From: Octopus sinensis | Lineage: Eukaryota | DNA length: 64,000 nucleotides | NCBI RefSeq assembly: GCF_006345805.1 | Contig: NC_043020.1 | Location: 3,534,001 to 3,598,000 of the forward strand | Reading direction: 5' to 3' | Part shown: one piece after another, positions 22,825 through 35,712 of the stretch | Position numbering within the stretch: position 1 is the first letter of the stretch | Layout of the letters: each line of letters opens with the position of its first letter | The notes under the pieces: generated by a model | The model's input: only the letters and a program-made list of their open reading frames with translations | Database searches by the model: none | Told to the model about the DNA's origin: nothing | Translations under genes and position numbers: made by a program

Positions 22825-23785
22825 TCAGCATAGAACATAGGATCTGTGTGTTTCTGAAATCCTCATCAGTGTGCTGTCTCTGAGATGGAGGACAATGTCA
22901 CGCTTGTCATGTTTCTTGCCCAACCAAAAGCAGGAGCTATTTTCATTTGCTGTTGGCGCATTAAACCTCCCTCCATGTTGACCAGATAGTTTTTTGTCTG
23001 ACCTGATAACTACTTTGTAATCCGTAGAGTCAGGTGGAATTGTTTCAAGCGCAGTCTTGAAGCTTCTGATCAGGTTGTTGTTGTTGTTATGCAGCATCTT
23101 TTGCAGAGACTTTGCAATGTTCATGCTGCACCTCTTTTGCCCTTCTTGTTGAGAATCACCCATAATGTGTATTTGAAGGAATTTTGGTGATTCCTTTGAC
23201 AGAGGTAGTAGAGAGCCAATCTGGCCTCGGATCTTGAAAGTTTGCATGAATTCTGGCTCAGTTAAATCTTTTGTAGCTCCAGATGACGTCACCTGTATTT
23301 CAGCGTTGTATCGTCTAATTTTTGTTTTGGAATCTTGGTCAGTTGATGAAAACAGTTTCTTCAATGGCTGTGGAGGTTGGGGGATTGCAGGGAGTTTAAC
23401 CTTTTCACCACTGCAGCACAATGCAGGTGTCTTTCCAGGCCACTCCCTTGCTTTACAATGTATGCACTCAGTTGTCATTTGCACCAATGGCAACTCTAGT
23501 GTCATCTGCATAATGAACTGCTGGATCATAATTGAAAGCTGCTCCATAGAAGTTGCTTCTTTGAGCCGTTGCAACTGCTCTTCGTTCTGCAGTGGAGATC
23601 CTATTCCTTGTCAGCCGTGCATACCTCTGTTCATCACTTTGAGATGCTCTGGCTTTTGTAGTGCCCTGTCTGTTCGTTTCTTGGCGTGCTTCCCTTTCTG
23701 CAGCTGTCTCTCTTTCCCTGGACAGAGACATTCTTTTGGCTGACCTTGGCATTGTAGACAAATTTGACACTTTCCTTCTAGGCAT
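22825..23785 (-). pseudogene. Helitron RepHel N-terminal remnant (frameshifted, truncated before Rep/helicase)
   Basis: MPRRK...RETAAEREARQE (STPR-like repeats)...AFNYDP...VAIGA, then a +1 A frameshift near 23480, then MTTECIHCKA...CCSGEKVKL...IRRYN...TFKIRGQIGSLLP...FLQI...RFNAPT...RDIVL...RISETHRSY. These are characteristic Helitron motifs. Confidence 0.85.
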
Positions 23786-24034
23786 GGTTATACACGTATA
23801 CAGAAATACACGGGTGAAGTTGATAGTAAACAATGAAAATAACGTGGTAACGGAAATTATGTTTCTTAACACAACGGGCTAAAAGTAAATAAGGAATTTT
23901 TTACGGAAAATAAAGAATTGTACGGGTTGAAGCGGAATTTGTCACTCAGTGAACCGAAGAGCCAGTATCGAAGGAACCAGAAAAAACCGTCAACAACAGA
24001 AAAACAAAACCGTAGCAAAAGTAAATAAGAAATT

Positions 24035-24427
24035 TTTAGGCGTAGGAGTGGCTGTGTGGTAAGTAGCTTGCTTATCAACCATATGGTTCTAGGTTCAGTC
24101 CCACTGCGTGGCACCTTGGGCAAGTGTCTTCTACTATAGCCTCGGGCCAACCAAAGCTTTGTGAGTGGATTTGGTAGACGGAAACTGAAAGAAGCCCGTC
24201 GTATATATATATATATATATATATGTTTGTGTGGTGTGTGTGTGTGTGTGTGTGTGTTTATGTGTCTGTGTTTGTCCCTCTAACATCGCTTGACAACCGA
24301 TGCTGGTGTGTTTACGTCCCCGTAACTTAGCGATTCGGCAAAAGAGACCGATAGAATAAGAACTAGGCTTACAAAGAATAAGTCCTGGGGTCAAAACAAA
24401 AAAAAACAACAAAAACTAAAAAACTTT
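24035..24427 (+). mobile_element. SINE family A inserted in the Helitron, 20-bp TSD
   Basis: GCAAAAGTAAATAAGAAATT at 24015-24034 and 24428-24447 flanks the copy. Confidence 0.88.
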
Positions 24428-25142
24428 GCAAAAGTAAATAAGAAATTGAAGTGAAAATTATGAAGTTACTTCTGTTAGTAAATTATGAAATTACTTTCAT
24501 CAGTAATTGTGAACTTCTTTCTGTCAGTAATTTGTCGTTATTTGTAAATAGCGATTGAAAACTTGCAGTGAAAACAATAATGATTGAACTTAAAGTGAAA
24601 CAATGGCGTCTGAAAATTTGAGTGAAAACAATAACGTCTGAAAAATAAAAGTGAGTGAGATATAGAGAGAGGGAGAGAGAGAGAGGGGGGCTAGCTAGTT
24701 AGACAGACAAATACGACAGGTATACATAGATATAGATAAATAAGATATAGGCAGATACAGAGAGATCGATAAAGATAGAGAGATAGAAATAGATAGAGAG
24801 AGATGGATTGAGAGATAGAGATAGAGAGATGTAGATAAAGAGATATACTGATATACAGAGATGTATAGATAAATTTGTGTGAGTGCGATATGTCCCGTGT
24901 TTATAAGCCAGCAGTAACTTGCCGTTTACTGTACTAAAACCGAAAGTAATATCAGGTCTAGAAATTATTGTATATAGGCATGTACGTATGTATGTATGAG
25001 TGACGAAAAGGTGATCGTAGTTATCCACAATAAGAACTCAGAGTTAAAGAGAGTCGGATGCTTGGCTTTTATTGCCTTCTTACAAAATACCCAGATATTA
25101 CGGCTCTCGTTTGCTTTCAAAAATACACTTACACACACACAG

Positions 25143-25212
<70 letters not shown>

Positions 25213-25757
25213 ATCTGCATTGAAACTCTACAAGATTGAACAGAAGCTGTGCAAATGTGTAACCAAATACACTGGCACATGTAGATACGTGTCTGGGGTA
25301 CATGGGTCTCTGAAGAAAGTTTCAAATATAGAATGGAAACCCGGGTCAGGTCATTCACTTTTTTCTGTCCGTTGAGAAATACGCCATATAGAAAGAAACA
25401 CACACACACACACACACAAACTCATACAGGCGCGTACACATATATACATACATACGTACATACACACACACGCACATACATACATTCATACATACATACA
25501 TACATACGTACAACAAAACAAACAAATCTAGCGTCAAATACTGCACATATACACACACATACAAACAAAAATACCCGTTGATGTTTTTGAAATTCCAATG
25601 AAGGAGCGTTGAATCTAGGTTAAAAACCAGTTCTTTCTCTCTTAGTGAGAAATCTTGAAATAAAACTGAATAACCACATACATACATACATACATACATA
25701 CATACATACATACATACATACATGCATACATACATACATATATACATAGATATGTAC

Positions 25758-25791
<34 letters not shown>

Positions 25792-26140
25792 ACTCACATA
25801 CACACACTGAGGAGGAGTGAGAGGGGGGCAGCGAAAGGCGGGGAGAATCTGTTTGAATGCAAGCCAGTACAGTAATGGGGGAAACTACTAAGGACTAAAT
25901 GGTGCTGAAAATGTGTTCTCGTCTTCATACAACTATGTCTTTCTCCTCAGAATATTTTTTCATCTCTCTCTCTCTCTCTCACACTCTTTCTCTGCAGATG
26001 TGCGTGTTGTGTGTGTGTGTGTGGTGTGCGTCTGTGTTTATGTTGTGTGTGTGTGTGCATGTGTGTGCGTATGTGTGTTAAGGTCAACTTTATTCTCATA
26101 TATAGTTCCATAGTCAGGTTTAATCAGTAAATATTTGATT

Positions 26141-26189
<49 letters not shown>

Positions 26190-27281
26190 AAGCATAATGT
26201 CAGAAGGTGTTAGAGATGAAGATAAATTTTAGTCATATAATTTCCATATGATTACAGCCGTTTCGCAACCTTCTTCATGTAGTACTAATTTCAGTATGCA
26301 AGAAATTATATGTATATGTGTACATTAATATGTATCCCATGATTCTCTGAATCCGTGTTTTATACTATATTTTAATACTTCATTTACAATTGTTTCATGA
26401 TATTTCAATATAATCAATCCAGCATGATGCAGTAACCACTTCAACAATTATTGACTAGTTTCTACGTGCTTTGTGGGATTTTTTAGAATACATGTTCAGC
26501 ATGATTCCTGAGAATTCTGGAACAAATAACATGCTTATAGTATTTATTACTTCAGATCGATTATACTGAATTATGACGAAACAACTGTAAATGAATTATT
26601 AAAATCATTTGCTAACTTCATTTTTTGATACTCGTCATTGTGTATACTCTATGCATATCTGATTGACGATATCTGTGAAAGTGTTTCATGTGATAAACAT
26701 CAAGGTTATATGCTCTAACTCATTTACTACACACACACACACATGTATGTGTGTATATATATATATATTTATGAATATATAAATATAAATATAAATAGGT
26801 AGATAAACAGATATGAATATACATGTATATTTATGAATATATGTACATATGAGTAGCTTCTAAGCTGAAGTGAAGACAGCATATTCTTTGTCTATCTCCT
26901 TACCTTCTTGGAGGTTTTAGGTAAAATTATACTAATGTGTCCATCTATTATAATTCAATTTAATTCTATGTTTTTATGCAGCTGAGGATTGCTCTGTATT
27001 TAAATTGATGTAATAATTGCATTGTTCAATTAAATGGAGTCGCTTGAAACGATTGTACCGCATTACCTCTGGATATCCTGTTGCTTATTTTGATTTTAAT
27101 CACCTTACTTTGAAATTGTATGGTTAATACCGTACTGAATTCTGGTGCCTTAGCTTAAGTGCCTAAATTCCGTCGATACTTCGATCAATTAGGTTTAAAC
27201 TTAATCTAGCTGTAATCTATTATTTTTTTATTTACCATTTGAGTAATTTTGTCAATTGACCAAATAATTAAGATTACTAAC

Positions 27282-27431
27282 CTTGTATTCACAGTCTTTG
27301 TAGGGGTGCCGGACGACTTCGACAAAATAATGTCTCATACACCGGTTTTGTCTTCGGGTTACTGTGATTTGAAGACAGGTGAGAAGTGTCAGCGTCATAA
27401 CGCTCATCTGATACCATGCAGGTAAATGCAT
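27282..27431 (-). CDS. NDP: Norrin orthologue, first coding exon (signal peptide plus start of cystine knot)
   Basis: Hand translation: MHLPAWYQMSVMTLTLLTCLQITVTRRQNRCMRHYFVEVVRHPYKDCEYK, versus human [21 protein letters not shown]. Donor AAG|GTTAGT at 27281, phase 0, joins the terminal exon in frame. Polypyrimidine acceptor CTGGCAG| places the exon start at 27442. Not listed in the ORF track. Confidence 0.94.
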
Positions 27432-27655
27432 CGCACTCTGGACTGCCAGAAAAGGGTCAAGAAAAGAAAGAAAAAAAACCTAATCAATTCGATTCTTAGT
27501 TTAAAGAAATGAAAAACAAGTAGAAGTAACTTCTATGGGCCATTTTATTATAGAACTGGAAGAAGGATTAGACCCAACATTAACAAAAACGCTAGCGAAC
27601 TGAAGCAAAAATTTAATCAATAAAAGTAGCAACAACAACAACTATAATAATAATA

Positions 27656-27748
<93 letters not shown>

Positions 27749-29285
27749 TAATAATTAATAATAATAATAATAATTATAATAATAATAGATGCAGTACCAA
27801 TGCCCTGATGCAGTACCAGGCAGTGGCTCTCATGGCTTCTGATCTTAATTGATTGGAAGTGTTATCATGTACATTGTTTTGTCTTGGTATAAAAGATGGG
27901 CTACAGCAAATATCTGCTCAATCCACAGATTTTTGCTTGTCAGTTTTGACCTAACCAGTTGAGCATGTCCCTTGGTGGCTGACGATATGTGCATCTCTGA
28001 TCACGAGCAGAAGTAGTTGGAGAGCATCATAGCCATGTGTTGAGAGGAGTTCTTTGGGGTTTGAATAATTTACTCAGATGGCATGAACTGCTCTCTCAAT
28101 CAATAATAATAATAATCCTTTCTACCATAGGCACAAGGCCTGAAAATTTGGGGGAGGGGACAAATCCATTGCATCGACCCCAGTGTTTCACTGCTTCTTA
28201 TTCCATGGACCCTGAAAGGATGAAAGGCAAAGTCGAGCTCGGCGGAATTTGAACTCAGAACGTAGCGGCAGACGAAATGCCGATAAGCAATATGCCCAGC
28301 GTGGTAACGATTCTGCCAGCTCATCGCCTCCACCAATAATAATAATCAATGACTCGCGGAACCCGTGAATAATTCACGGAATTAATGGTAAACCTATTGG
28401 GTTATTTCTGAAACCTTTATCCCCAAACCTGAAAGCGTAACCTGTCTTGTGTCTGTGTGGAAAGATAGTCACTCATCAGCTATTCATTGAAAAGTGAAGG
28501 AAATTGGAATATAATGATTACTTAATGCACTTTATATACTTTATGCACACTGTTATAGACTTAATACACAGCACTCATAAAATAAATATTCACTCTTATT
28601 TTCCCACTTTCCCCATAAACAACAAGAACAAAAAAAAAATATCTCATACTTATAATACAACTTTTAGTTAAATTACGTATATCTGCCGCGTAAATAAGCG
28701 TGAATACTTCACGGATTTGCACTTATGTAATGGGTGATATAAAAAACTTAGTTGAATTCAAAAAGTACACTTTTTCTATCCAATCACTTCTTTAAGACAG
28801 TAAAACTTAATTTGAGTGATACTTAGCTGTTATTTCTTGTAAATTGAGCGGTTGCTTAGCGATATCTCTCGCTGTCTCATTAAAATGTTATTTTCTAACA
28901 CAGAAACCGAAATTGAGCGATGGGTGAGCCAGCCACCAGGAAGGTAAATATCTTTATATCAACCACCCAGGTGTAATGTGACCCACTAGAATGGTAAACT
29001 ACCCTTCCCAGAACCTTCCAGATGCAAACCGAAGATCTCCTTTGGAAGATAAGAAAAACTATTTCAACGATAACCAACCACCCAAACAACCACCCAACCA
29101 GCAAACTACAAGCTCACCCACCCAGCTACCCAGGTAGAGGTATGATAAGGAAAAATAAAGAAAAAAGAGCAACCGTTATGAAAGGTTTCTATATATCGCA
29201 AGTCTCTGATGATCGTCCTATATGCTTCATGTGTATATACGATGTGTATGTGTGTATTGTATGCGTGTGTGTGTGTATACATACA

Positions 29286-29316
<31 letters not shown>

Positions 29317-29319
29317 CAT

Positions 29320-29375
<56 letters not shown>

Positions 29376-29438
29376 TATATACACATATATATACTAATAT
29401 ATATATATATACATATCTAAATATATATATATATATAC

Positions 29439-29482
<44 letters not shown>

Positions 29483-29861
29483 CCATGCACAATTTATAAA
29501 AAATATACATAATTTATATTTTATAAATACTCAATATAGTCCTATTCTCATATACATTATCCCATCACACATAAATGTAAAATCGTACATGCTGACATAC
29601 TATTGTCCTACATACATATGTACACGTCTACTGGTGTGTGTGTGTATATAATATATATATATATAATACAAAATGGACAAGAGCGCAAAGCATCCGGACA
29701 ACTAGGTGATACAAAAAGGGACAACATCCAGATAGACGATACAAAAAAAAAACAAGTCAGGTAATTCGAAGCTTCCTATCCTCAGTCCACAACCGGATCA
29801 TCCTCGCAATTTTCGGCTGATTAATCTTTTATAGATATATATATATTATATAATATATATA

Positions 29862-29906
<45 letters not shown>

Positions 29907-30289
29907 GCGTGTGTACGTATTACATATATACGCTTGTACCATACATAGTCCGTACGTACGTACATACATACATACATACTTATATGTATGACATTTTTGC
30001 AGACGATCTGAGAGTATATGCCAACGACATGAATTATATGAAGAGTCTCCACATTCCCAGGATCTTTTTCTTTTGTTTTTAAATCGCTGTCTGACAGGCA
30101 GAGGAATGGACTGTCCTCTCAACCAAAATGATCGTTGTGGCTACCGCTGGATGACGGACTTTGGTGATGATATTATTCCATGCTTTCTGATCCATGGTGC
30201 TGGCCTTAGCATGCTTGACATTGAGGCGCTGCGACTGCAGGTTTTAATCAGTTTGTTTTGCCCATGTCTTCTTTGGTGTGCTGGATTCC

Positions 30290-30890
30290 CACGATGTCCC
30301 TTCATCATAAGCAGTTGTCCGAAAATGTCATCACGATATATCTACCGATGAGACATGGTGTTGTAACTAGGACACTCTATAATGAAATCCGTCGGAAGGA
30401 TAATTTCCCGGACAAAGAAATAAGAACCCATAATAAAAAAAAAACCATAATATGGTAGAAGCCATAATAAAAAGGAATAATAAAAAGGAATATTGGTGGA
30501 ATGCACCAGTGAAGACCCCCAATAAAATGAAAGCACAACAGACCTGATATAATGATTTGGGATAGAGAAGAGAAACTGTGCACAGTTGTGGAAATTAGCT
30601 GCTGAGCGGATGTTAACATAAAACTGAAGATCAGTGAAAAAGAGAACACCTATGGTGAACTATTGAGAAATCAGCAGTTACTCTATCCAGATTACAAGTT
30701 CAGGTTTATACCTGTAATTAATGGGGCCATGGGATATGTAACACACTGCATAAATACCAATCTTGAGAAAACAGGCTTCTCAAAACCAGAAAGGAGAAAG
30801 CTAATTTGAAGAGTAAAGAGCCAATCCATTATTGCAACTGTAAAAATCTGTAAAACTTTCCAAAAGTTTATCATTTAAATATATATGAAC
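30290..30890 (+). mobile_element. REL-endonuclease LINE 3' fragment
   Basis: IISSCPKMSSRY..MRHGVV (zinc-knuckle tail), then HNRPDIMIWDREEKLCTVVEISC...KENTYGELLRN...FRFIPVI, frameshifted. Confidence 0.7.
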
Positions 30891-31201
30891 ATGTCTAGAT
30901 ATGCAACTACATGCATGAGAATACATACATAAAATAAAACATACAAATCTACACATATACATACATACATACAATAACATCATACATAATACATACATAC
31001 ATAACACATACATACATACACCATACATACATACATACATACATACATACATACATACATACCAACATACATACAAATACATACACACATACATACTACA
31101 TACATACATACATACATACATACAACACACATACATACATACATACATACACACATACAGACATACATACATACATACTACATACACAACATACACATAC
31201 A

Positions 31202-31232
<31 letters not shown>

Positions 31233-32129
31233 CTACATACATACAACCACATACACATACATATATACATCTAATATATATAACGAACAAACAAAAATAC
31301 ACTGTTGTTGATGTTGAAATTCCAATGAAGGAACCTTGGATCTAGGTTGGAAACCGGTTCTTCATTGGCAAGAATTCTTGAAATAAACTGAATGATGACA
31401 CACATACATTCATTAAAGAAATTCTTGCAACCTCAGTATCTGAAGTAATGATGAAATGTTACCAGAATGGAGAGCAAGCGCGGATCTCGAAACCTCATCA
31501 TGCAGGGCAAACATCAGAATCTGCTGAACGACTTTCGGAAACTGGATGCTGGTTCGTGTCTCCAGAGTTTCTTTTAATTCAACCCTCACTGACACCGACT
31601 CATAAACACGAATCACACTCGCGATATACTCTCCTATACACCAACACCCCATGTTGTGAAGTTTTTGGCTTCTCAAACATTAATTGTTGTATGTGTATTT
31701 CCATAGATCTAAGTAAAATATATAGAGAGGGAGGGAGAGAAGGGGGAAAGGGGAGAAAAGGTCAGAGAGAGGAAGGTGGAGATAAAAGGTAAGGTTTTAG
31801 CTGCAGAGTTATGAGTACGAGAATTATAGAGAAATAGATGGATAGAAAGAGAGATAGGCAGGCAGATAGAATGATAGATAAATAGATAGATTGTTAGATG
31901 TAAATGTAATAAGCATATACATACAAAGGATGCATAGACACATACACATACATAGATATGTATATATATACGCATACACACACATATACGTACATATAGA
32001 TATAAATACTTGTATTTATACATATATATGTATATACATATGTATATGTGTATATATATATATAGAATATACATGCATATATGTGTATATATATATGTGT
32101 GCGCGTGTGTGTATGTATATATGTGTATA

Positions 32130-32162
<33 letters not shown>

Positions 32163-32302
32163 TATATATTGCATGTATATATATGCATGTAATATATATA
32201 TTAAAATATTTGAAGGTGTAGAAAAAGAAAAATTACATATTAATAACATCAAATGCAATAAATGCATTAAAGCTGATAATGATGATGATTGAATGATGAT
32301 GA

Positions 32303-32333
<31 letters not shown>

Positions 32334-32519
32334 GGATCAATCATCTCATCATCATCATCATCATCATCATCATAAACCACGTTTCATGCGGCGTAAGGCC
32401 GCCAACATAAGGTAGATGAGATGGAGTTACGCTTGAAACCATCTGTGACGTGATGTAGTCTACTTCACCTATCCCAAAAAACAAACTTTTCTTAGATGTG
32501 TGTATGTGTGTGTGTGTGT

Positions 32520-32567
<48 letters not shown>

Positions 32568-32769
32568 TAGGTGTGTGTGTGCATTCTGGGATATTACAGT
32601 TTTCAACGATCTTCTCTCTGTCACCTGGGATTTAGATAAAAGAACAGTAAAATATCTTTCTGGATTTCAAAGCCTTGGGATTATTGGAATATAAAAAAAT
32701 AACTGTTTCATATAAAATATACATACATACATACATACATACATACTACATATATATATGCATATATTT

Positions 32770-32826
<57 letters not shown>

Positions 32827-32869
32827 TAAATATATATAGATATATATAGTAACACAAGTACATACGCCG

Positions 32870-33166
32870 CTATATATATATAAATAAAATACAAAATGGG
32901 ACAAGACGCAAACATCCGACACGAGGTGATACAAAAAACAACGGATCGTTATCTTCAGTCAAGAACCGGATCATCCTCGCAATTTCGGTTGCTTATCAGT
33001 CAAGATTAATCAGCTGAAATTGCGAGGATGATCCAGTTCTTGACTGAGGATAAAAGGCTTTGAATGACCCGTCCGTGTTTTTCTTTTGTACGTCTATCTG
33101 GATGTTTTGTTGTCCCTTTGTGTATCACCTAACTGTCCGGATGTTTTGCGTTCTTGTCCCATTTTG

Positions 33167-33180
<14 letters not shown>
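32870..33180. repeat. Head-to-head inverted pair of a short interspersed repeat
   Basis: AAAATACAAAATGGGACAAGA...GGATCATCCTCGCAATTTC on the left and its reverse complement on the right. A solo copy lies at 29660-29830. Confidence 0.8.
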
Positions 33181-33221
<41 letters not shown>

Positions 33222-33259
33222 CATGTATATATGTTGATATACATACATACATACATATA

Positions 33260-33310
<51 letters not shown>

Positions 33311-34049
33311 CACATATGTATCATATATATACATAAATATATATATGTATATATAATATATGTGTGTGTACACCACACACACACCACCCACACACACATA
33401 TATATGATTATATAGTTATGCATATATATGGGATATATATACACATATATATATATGGTAGTTTCCATCTACCAAATCCATTCACAAAGCTTTGTCTTCG
33501 GTCGGTCAGAGGCTATTGTAGAAGACTCTTGGCCAAGATTCCGCACAGAACCCTTTGGTTGGGAAGTAAGCTTCTTACCACGCAGCCAGCCATTAGAAAG
33601 CATCTGTCTTTCCGAAAGTCATGAGGAAAGGAAACCGGTGGGGGAAAACTCGTGTAGGTATGGCCATGACAAATCAGTTGTCTTATTGAGCGTTACAGTA
33701 GTCTGTTGCAGCAGTATGTGCAATTTCTTACTGAGGTCAAGGGTTCAATGAGGTCTGGCCTTCTCTATCATCCATTTACAATCAGCCTTATTTCGAAGCT
33801 TTGATCACATCACTCAGAACTGAAACTGCCGAACAATCAGACGTGAGTTTGTGTCTGTAAATCTCAAGTCAAATTTTTAATACAGACCTAGAAACTCAAC
33901 CGCACACACGCACAGAGGTATATAAACATATATATATATATATATATATATTATCCGTATGTGCATGTGTGTGTATGTGTGTGTGTGTGTTTGTGTGTAC
34001 ACATACACGTATATAAATCTATACTTAGATATAACGTATTCATATATAT

Positions 34050-34098
<49 letters not shown>

Positions 34099-34299
34099 TA
34101 TATAGCATATATATATACATATATACTATGGTTCATGGATATATATATATATATATATAATATATATACACGCACACATGCATAAATATGTTCATATATC
34201 ACATATATGTATTAATACATTCATAATACATATAATATATATACATACTTATATATGTACTAAATACATACATATACATCTGTAGTGAAAACACACATA

Positions 34300-34348
<49 letters not shown>

Positions 34349-34539
34349 TTGTGTGTGTATAGAATCTCTTCCTCCACCAGCCTTTTATCCTGGTGGCCCC
34401 AGTTATAATCTAGATGCAGAGTTTTTGATATATTGCTGATGTTCTTTGAAGTTCAAGGTTTCTAATATCACAAGGGGTCTCTGTCTGTGCCGCTTGCGTC
34501 CGAAAGGCGATACGTTCCAGACTGGTGTGGTTTAAGAAT

Positions 34540-35170
34540 TATTATTATTATTTTTTTATTATTACGATGCAACACTGCTGCTGCTACTACTACTACTACT
34601 ACTGACTGCTGCTGCTGCAGAGATATCTTTTTTAACAACATCAACACAACTGACAACAGCAACAAGAGTATCAAGAATGTCAACAACAATAATGGTAACA
34701 TAACCATCATCATCATCATCATCATCACAATCATCGTCATCATCATCATCATCATCATCATCATCAACATCATCATCATCACCATCATCATTACCATCAT
34801 CATCGTCATCGTCATCGTCGTCGTCGTCGTCGTCTCATCATCATCATCATTGTCATCATCATAGTCATCATCACCATCATCATTACCATCATTATCGTCG
34901 TCGTTGTCGCCGTCATCGTCGTCATCATCATCGTCATCACCATCATTATTATCATCACCATCACCATCATTATCGTCATCAACAACATCATTAACAACAT
35001 CAACACTAACAATAGTCACTAGTAACTTAGCCGCATAACTAAAGCATGCAACCAGTGACTACACACAACCAATATCACCACCACTACTGCCACCACCACT
35101 ACACCTTTACTGCTACTACAACTGTAACCACCACTACTTATACCACCACTAATACCATAAGCAGCAGCAT
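34540..35170. repeat. Trinucleotide microsatellite block (ACT/CAT/CGT/CAC)n
   Basis: Directly visible. Similar blocks at 27630-27790, 48360-48590, 51580-52260 and 55730-56110. Confidence 0.95.
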
Positions 35171-35474
35171 TTTCAATGTTATTTCTGCCGATGCTGCCAC
35201 CTAGGTGGTACCAATACCGCCACACATTAACCATTATTATCCATCACACACACACACACACACACACAGAGTTTTCACCAACTCAATTTCACTCACAAGT
35301 TATGGCTTAACCTAAAGTTACACAAAATGACACTTGAGCAAAAGGCCACACAATGGGATTGAACACGGACCATCGAGGTTGTGAAACGAACTTTTTAAAC
35401 GTTTGGTCGCCCAACGGCGCACACTCACATACACACACAAAAAATGCTGTCGTTATTTTATTTACATACATGCA

Positions 35475-35506
<32 letters not shown>

Positions 35507-35536
35507 ATATTATATATATATATACATATATGTATA

Positions 35537-35571
<35 letters not shown>

Positions 35572-35679
35572 CTGTATATATGTATGTATATATATTGTAT
35601 GTATATATCTATTATAGTAATATATATAATATATATATATATATCATATAGATATATATCTATATATCAATATATATAG

Positions 35680-35712
<33 letters not shown>

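Larger units (their letters stand above)
22694..24978 (-). mobile_element. Internally deleted Helitron in the Norrin intron
   Basis: 3' terminus on minus is CTAG|T (plus-strand A|CTAG at 22693-22697), preceded by a degenerate hairpin CCCTGCATTGCCTGGG. Contains a RepHel N-terminal remnant. The 5' end is approximate (TATATAG near 24971-24978, after an ATCT/AG microsatellite tract). Confidence 0.75.

Noticed and set aside
22825-23574. 249-aa ORF as a host gene nested in the Norrin intron
   Set aside because: It has Helitron RepHel motifs, a frameshift, truncation and Helitron termini.
28895-35700. Dozens of ORFs rich in YI, HT, VC, MYVC, poly-I and poly-M (also 40367-42377, 45443-46335, 51422-52913, 55188-56158)
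   Set aside because: They are translations of (TA)n, (CA)n, (TACA)n and trinucleotide microsatellites with no domain signal.
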